Assembly (NCBI GenBank): GCA_900617105.1
Contig: UYFQ01000511.1
Coordinates: 62,001 to 83,062, forward strand
DNA length: 21,062 nt
Direction of reading: 5' to 3'
Origin: Hydrurus foetidus
Lineage: Eukaryota
How positions within the stretch are numbered: position 1 is the first letter of the stretch; each line of letters opens with the position of its first letter. Under the pieces are notes generated by a model. That model was given only the letters and a program-made list of their open reading frames with translations, was not told the origin of the DNA and searched no databases. The position numbers and the translations under genes were made by a program. Shown piece after piece: positions 18,967 to 21,062 of this stretch.

Positions 18967-21003
18967 TCAAATAGATATCTGACGAACCGCTTTCAACAGT
19001 TTCGAAGCAGCGACCTCGTCCTGCACAACAGTTGCAGTTGATTTCTTCGAATTCAACTTTGGCGCTGACTGGGCAGGTGTATCAATTTCAGATGAGGTGG
19101 TATGCGATTCGATTCTCTCGAACATGTTCTCCGGCACAGAAGGGGGGAAGAAGGCATCCATTGATTTCGGAGGCACAGGGATAGAGGAAGACGGAGTGGA
19201 TGGCGCACTATCTCCTAAAAATGTCGCAGTGGTCAGGTCTGTATTTGATGGGGTGGGGTGGGGAGCTTTGTGGGGGGTGGATCGGGCTGAGAGGGGTCTG
19301 GCGGAGAGGGTCGGACTGTGGACCTTAGGGGTGGGTGTCAGGGGCCCTCTCAGCGAGGGTCTTCTTTCGCCCGATGCTGCAACAGCTCCTGATGTCGGTG
19401 TGGATGAAGCTGTTGGGATCTTGGAAATGCTCTTACGCCTAGTGGAACTCATCGGTCCAAGGTCCGCTTCACTTTCACTTCCGTACTCCTCCTCCCTTAT
19501 CTTCATCGCTATCTTGGCAGACTTTCCGTTTATGTGGGGTGAGAAAGTCGCCCCCTTGACTTCTTCGCTCGCTTTTATTTCCTCCCACACCTTCAGATCC
19601 TCCTTGTGCTTGTCGCCCGCTGCCATTAGTCGGTCCACCACTGCATTCGCCTTCTCCCTATCGTGCAGTCCATATATAGAGATAAGAAAAGTTACGATAG
19701 TCAATGCATAATATTATGTGAGTGTACAGTGAGTAGTGCTGGTGATGCGAATTGTTGCTGGGTAGCGACACACCTGTCTATTGTGTGCGTACTGGACAGA
19801 ACGGACATCTGGTCATCGTTATAGCAGCCCCCAAGGGATGACACTGTGTGTGCGGTGGACAGTCTCTCATACACGTTGCCAGTGGTCATAGTAGACACCG
19901 ACATATCATCTCCATCATTGTAGATTAAACTGCTCTTTCTTCTCACGTTAACAATGCCTACAGAGCTCTCAGGCAATGACGGATGAAAGGTCATTCCCTC
20001 CACTTCATTTAGCAGCCGTATGCTTTCTCTGCGCTCAACGTCTTTTCTGATTTTATTCGCGTCATTGACGAGTCTCTCGTGTACAGGCCCTTCGCTAGAT
20101 CTGAAAAAGGCGAAATTTGGAGATAAATAATGAAGATGAGGGATGGAAGAGACTGGAAATGAGGAACTGAGAGTGTGATTGATGTGATTGATGGTGTGAA
20201 GTGGAGATAGAATGGGACGTCCTGTGACGACACACGAAGTCAAATGCCGAAGAGAAAATTATTACATCCTGGGAAGAGAAAATTACTGCAAAAAAATGAA
20301 GAATTCCTCTTCATTTCTGGTGTAAAGTAATATTCAGATTCTTCTTACCTTCGAGCCGCTGCAGGCAAAGTGTGATTTATGGTCGGCTGGAAAGTGCATT
20401 CGTTTAGCTCCAGCTCTGTCTTGATCTGAAGTGTTGTTGAGTGAAGCGCAGTGAAATAGGAGAGAAGAGAATGAGAGAATAAGAGAATAAGAAGATGTTT
20501 GGAATAGAGCCGAGGAGGGTGATGAGAAGAATGTTAATAATATGAGAGGCAGATAGTGCGGCATTGTGAAAATAACATTGGGTGAGAAGACAGAAGGACA
20601 ATAGTGGAACGTCATAGGTTATCGAATGTACAGTGAACAATATCGAAGATACAGTGAAATAGAAGTGCTGTTCAGCCGCATTCACGTTGGAGAAAAAACA
20701 AATCGAGATCAATATTTTCTATTTTCATACGTATAAACGACAATTCTGATAATTGCCTCGACATAAACATAACACCATATATCATATATCATACATCTGT
20801 TGAACCTTGCATCAATGAATAACATAATACAGACGCACCTGAGAAAGAATATTCTGCATGTAGGACTTGCTGGTGTTTAGTCTGTCGAACACAGGAGTAG
20901 TGAGTGTCGTATCAGCACTTGGCTCTGCTGTGAAACTTGCTCTGAGAGGGATAGTCGGTGCGAAAGTGTACTTCTTCTCCTCCTCCATCTTCGCAAGACG
21001 TTG
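18967..21003 (-). CDS. 3' portion of a low-complexity protein with repeated TFxP / V(F/Y)(D/E)RL motifs (putative microtubule/cytoskeleton-associated); 5' end outside the window
   Basis: Exons 21003-20839, 20425-20349, 20100-19774 and 19657 to 18988 or 18967, with consistent GT-AG phases. Motifs YTFAPTI...VFDRL, CTFQPTIN...VHERL, MTFHPSL...VYERL, VVDRL...ATFSPHIN, then a Pro/Ser-rich tail. The true last exon is unresolved. Confidence 0.75.
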
Positions 21004-21062
21004 CTAAAAATAAAATCAGTGGATAGGCATTATGAATCAGTGTTCAGATGAGTAGACAGGCA

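Noticed and set aside
19097..19711. 204-aa plus-strand ORF, and other antisense ORFs such as 4224-4580, 10144-10461, 17423-17653
   Set aside because: Shadow frames opposite well-supported exons.

Overview
Gene-dense eukaryotic nuclear DNA with canonical GT-AG introns. It is most likely from an ochrophyte or another alga with a complex red plastid, because cpSRP54 carries a bipartite signal+transit presequence with an A^F cleavage motif. I rebuilt the gene models by hand, with consistent intron phases. In order: a CoA-type Nudix hydrolase (+); a 9-exon plastid SRP54/Ffh (-); two diverged tandem paralogs of an uncharacterised CxxC-x-G protein (-); an intronless ankyrin-repeat protein (+); a membrane J-domain protein (+); an FSH1-family serine hydrolase (-); a CCDC6-like coiled-coil protein (+); and the 3' part of a TFxP-repeat protein (-). 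The two paralogs are separated by a cluster of non-autonomous mobile DNA: a fold-back palindrome and an ~800-860 bp inverted-repeat element. Most notable: (1) the cpSRP54 M-domain has lost both SRP-RNA-binding motifs (SM to CM, GxG to RAE, plus an insertion), suggesting an RNA-less plastid SRP in a red-lineage plastid; (2) the paralog pair shares an intron position; (3) the mobile cluster may include a Helentron/HINE-like element. I found no tRNA, rRNA or CRISPR. All family assignments come from motif recognition, not database searches.
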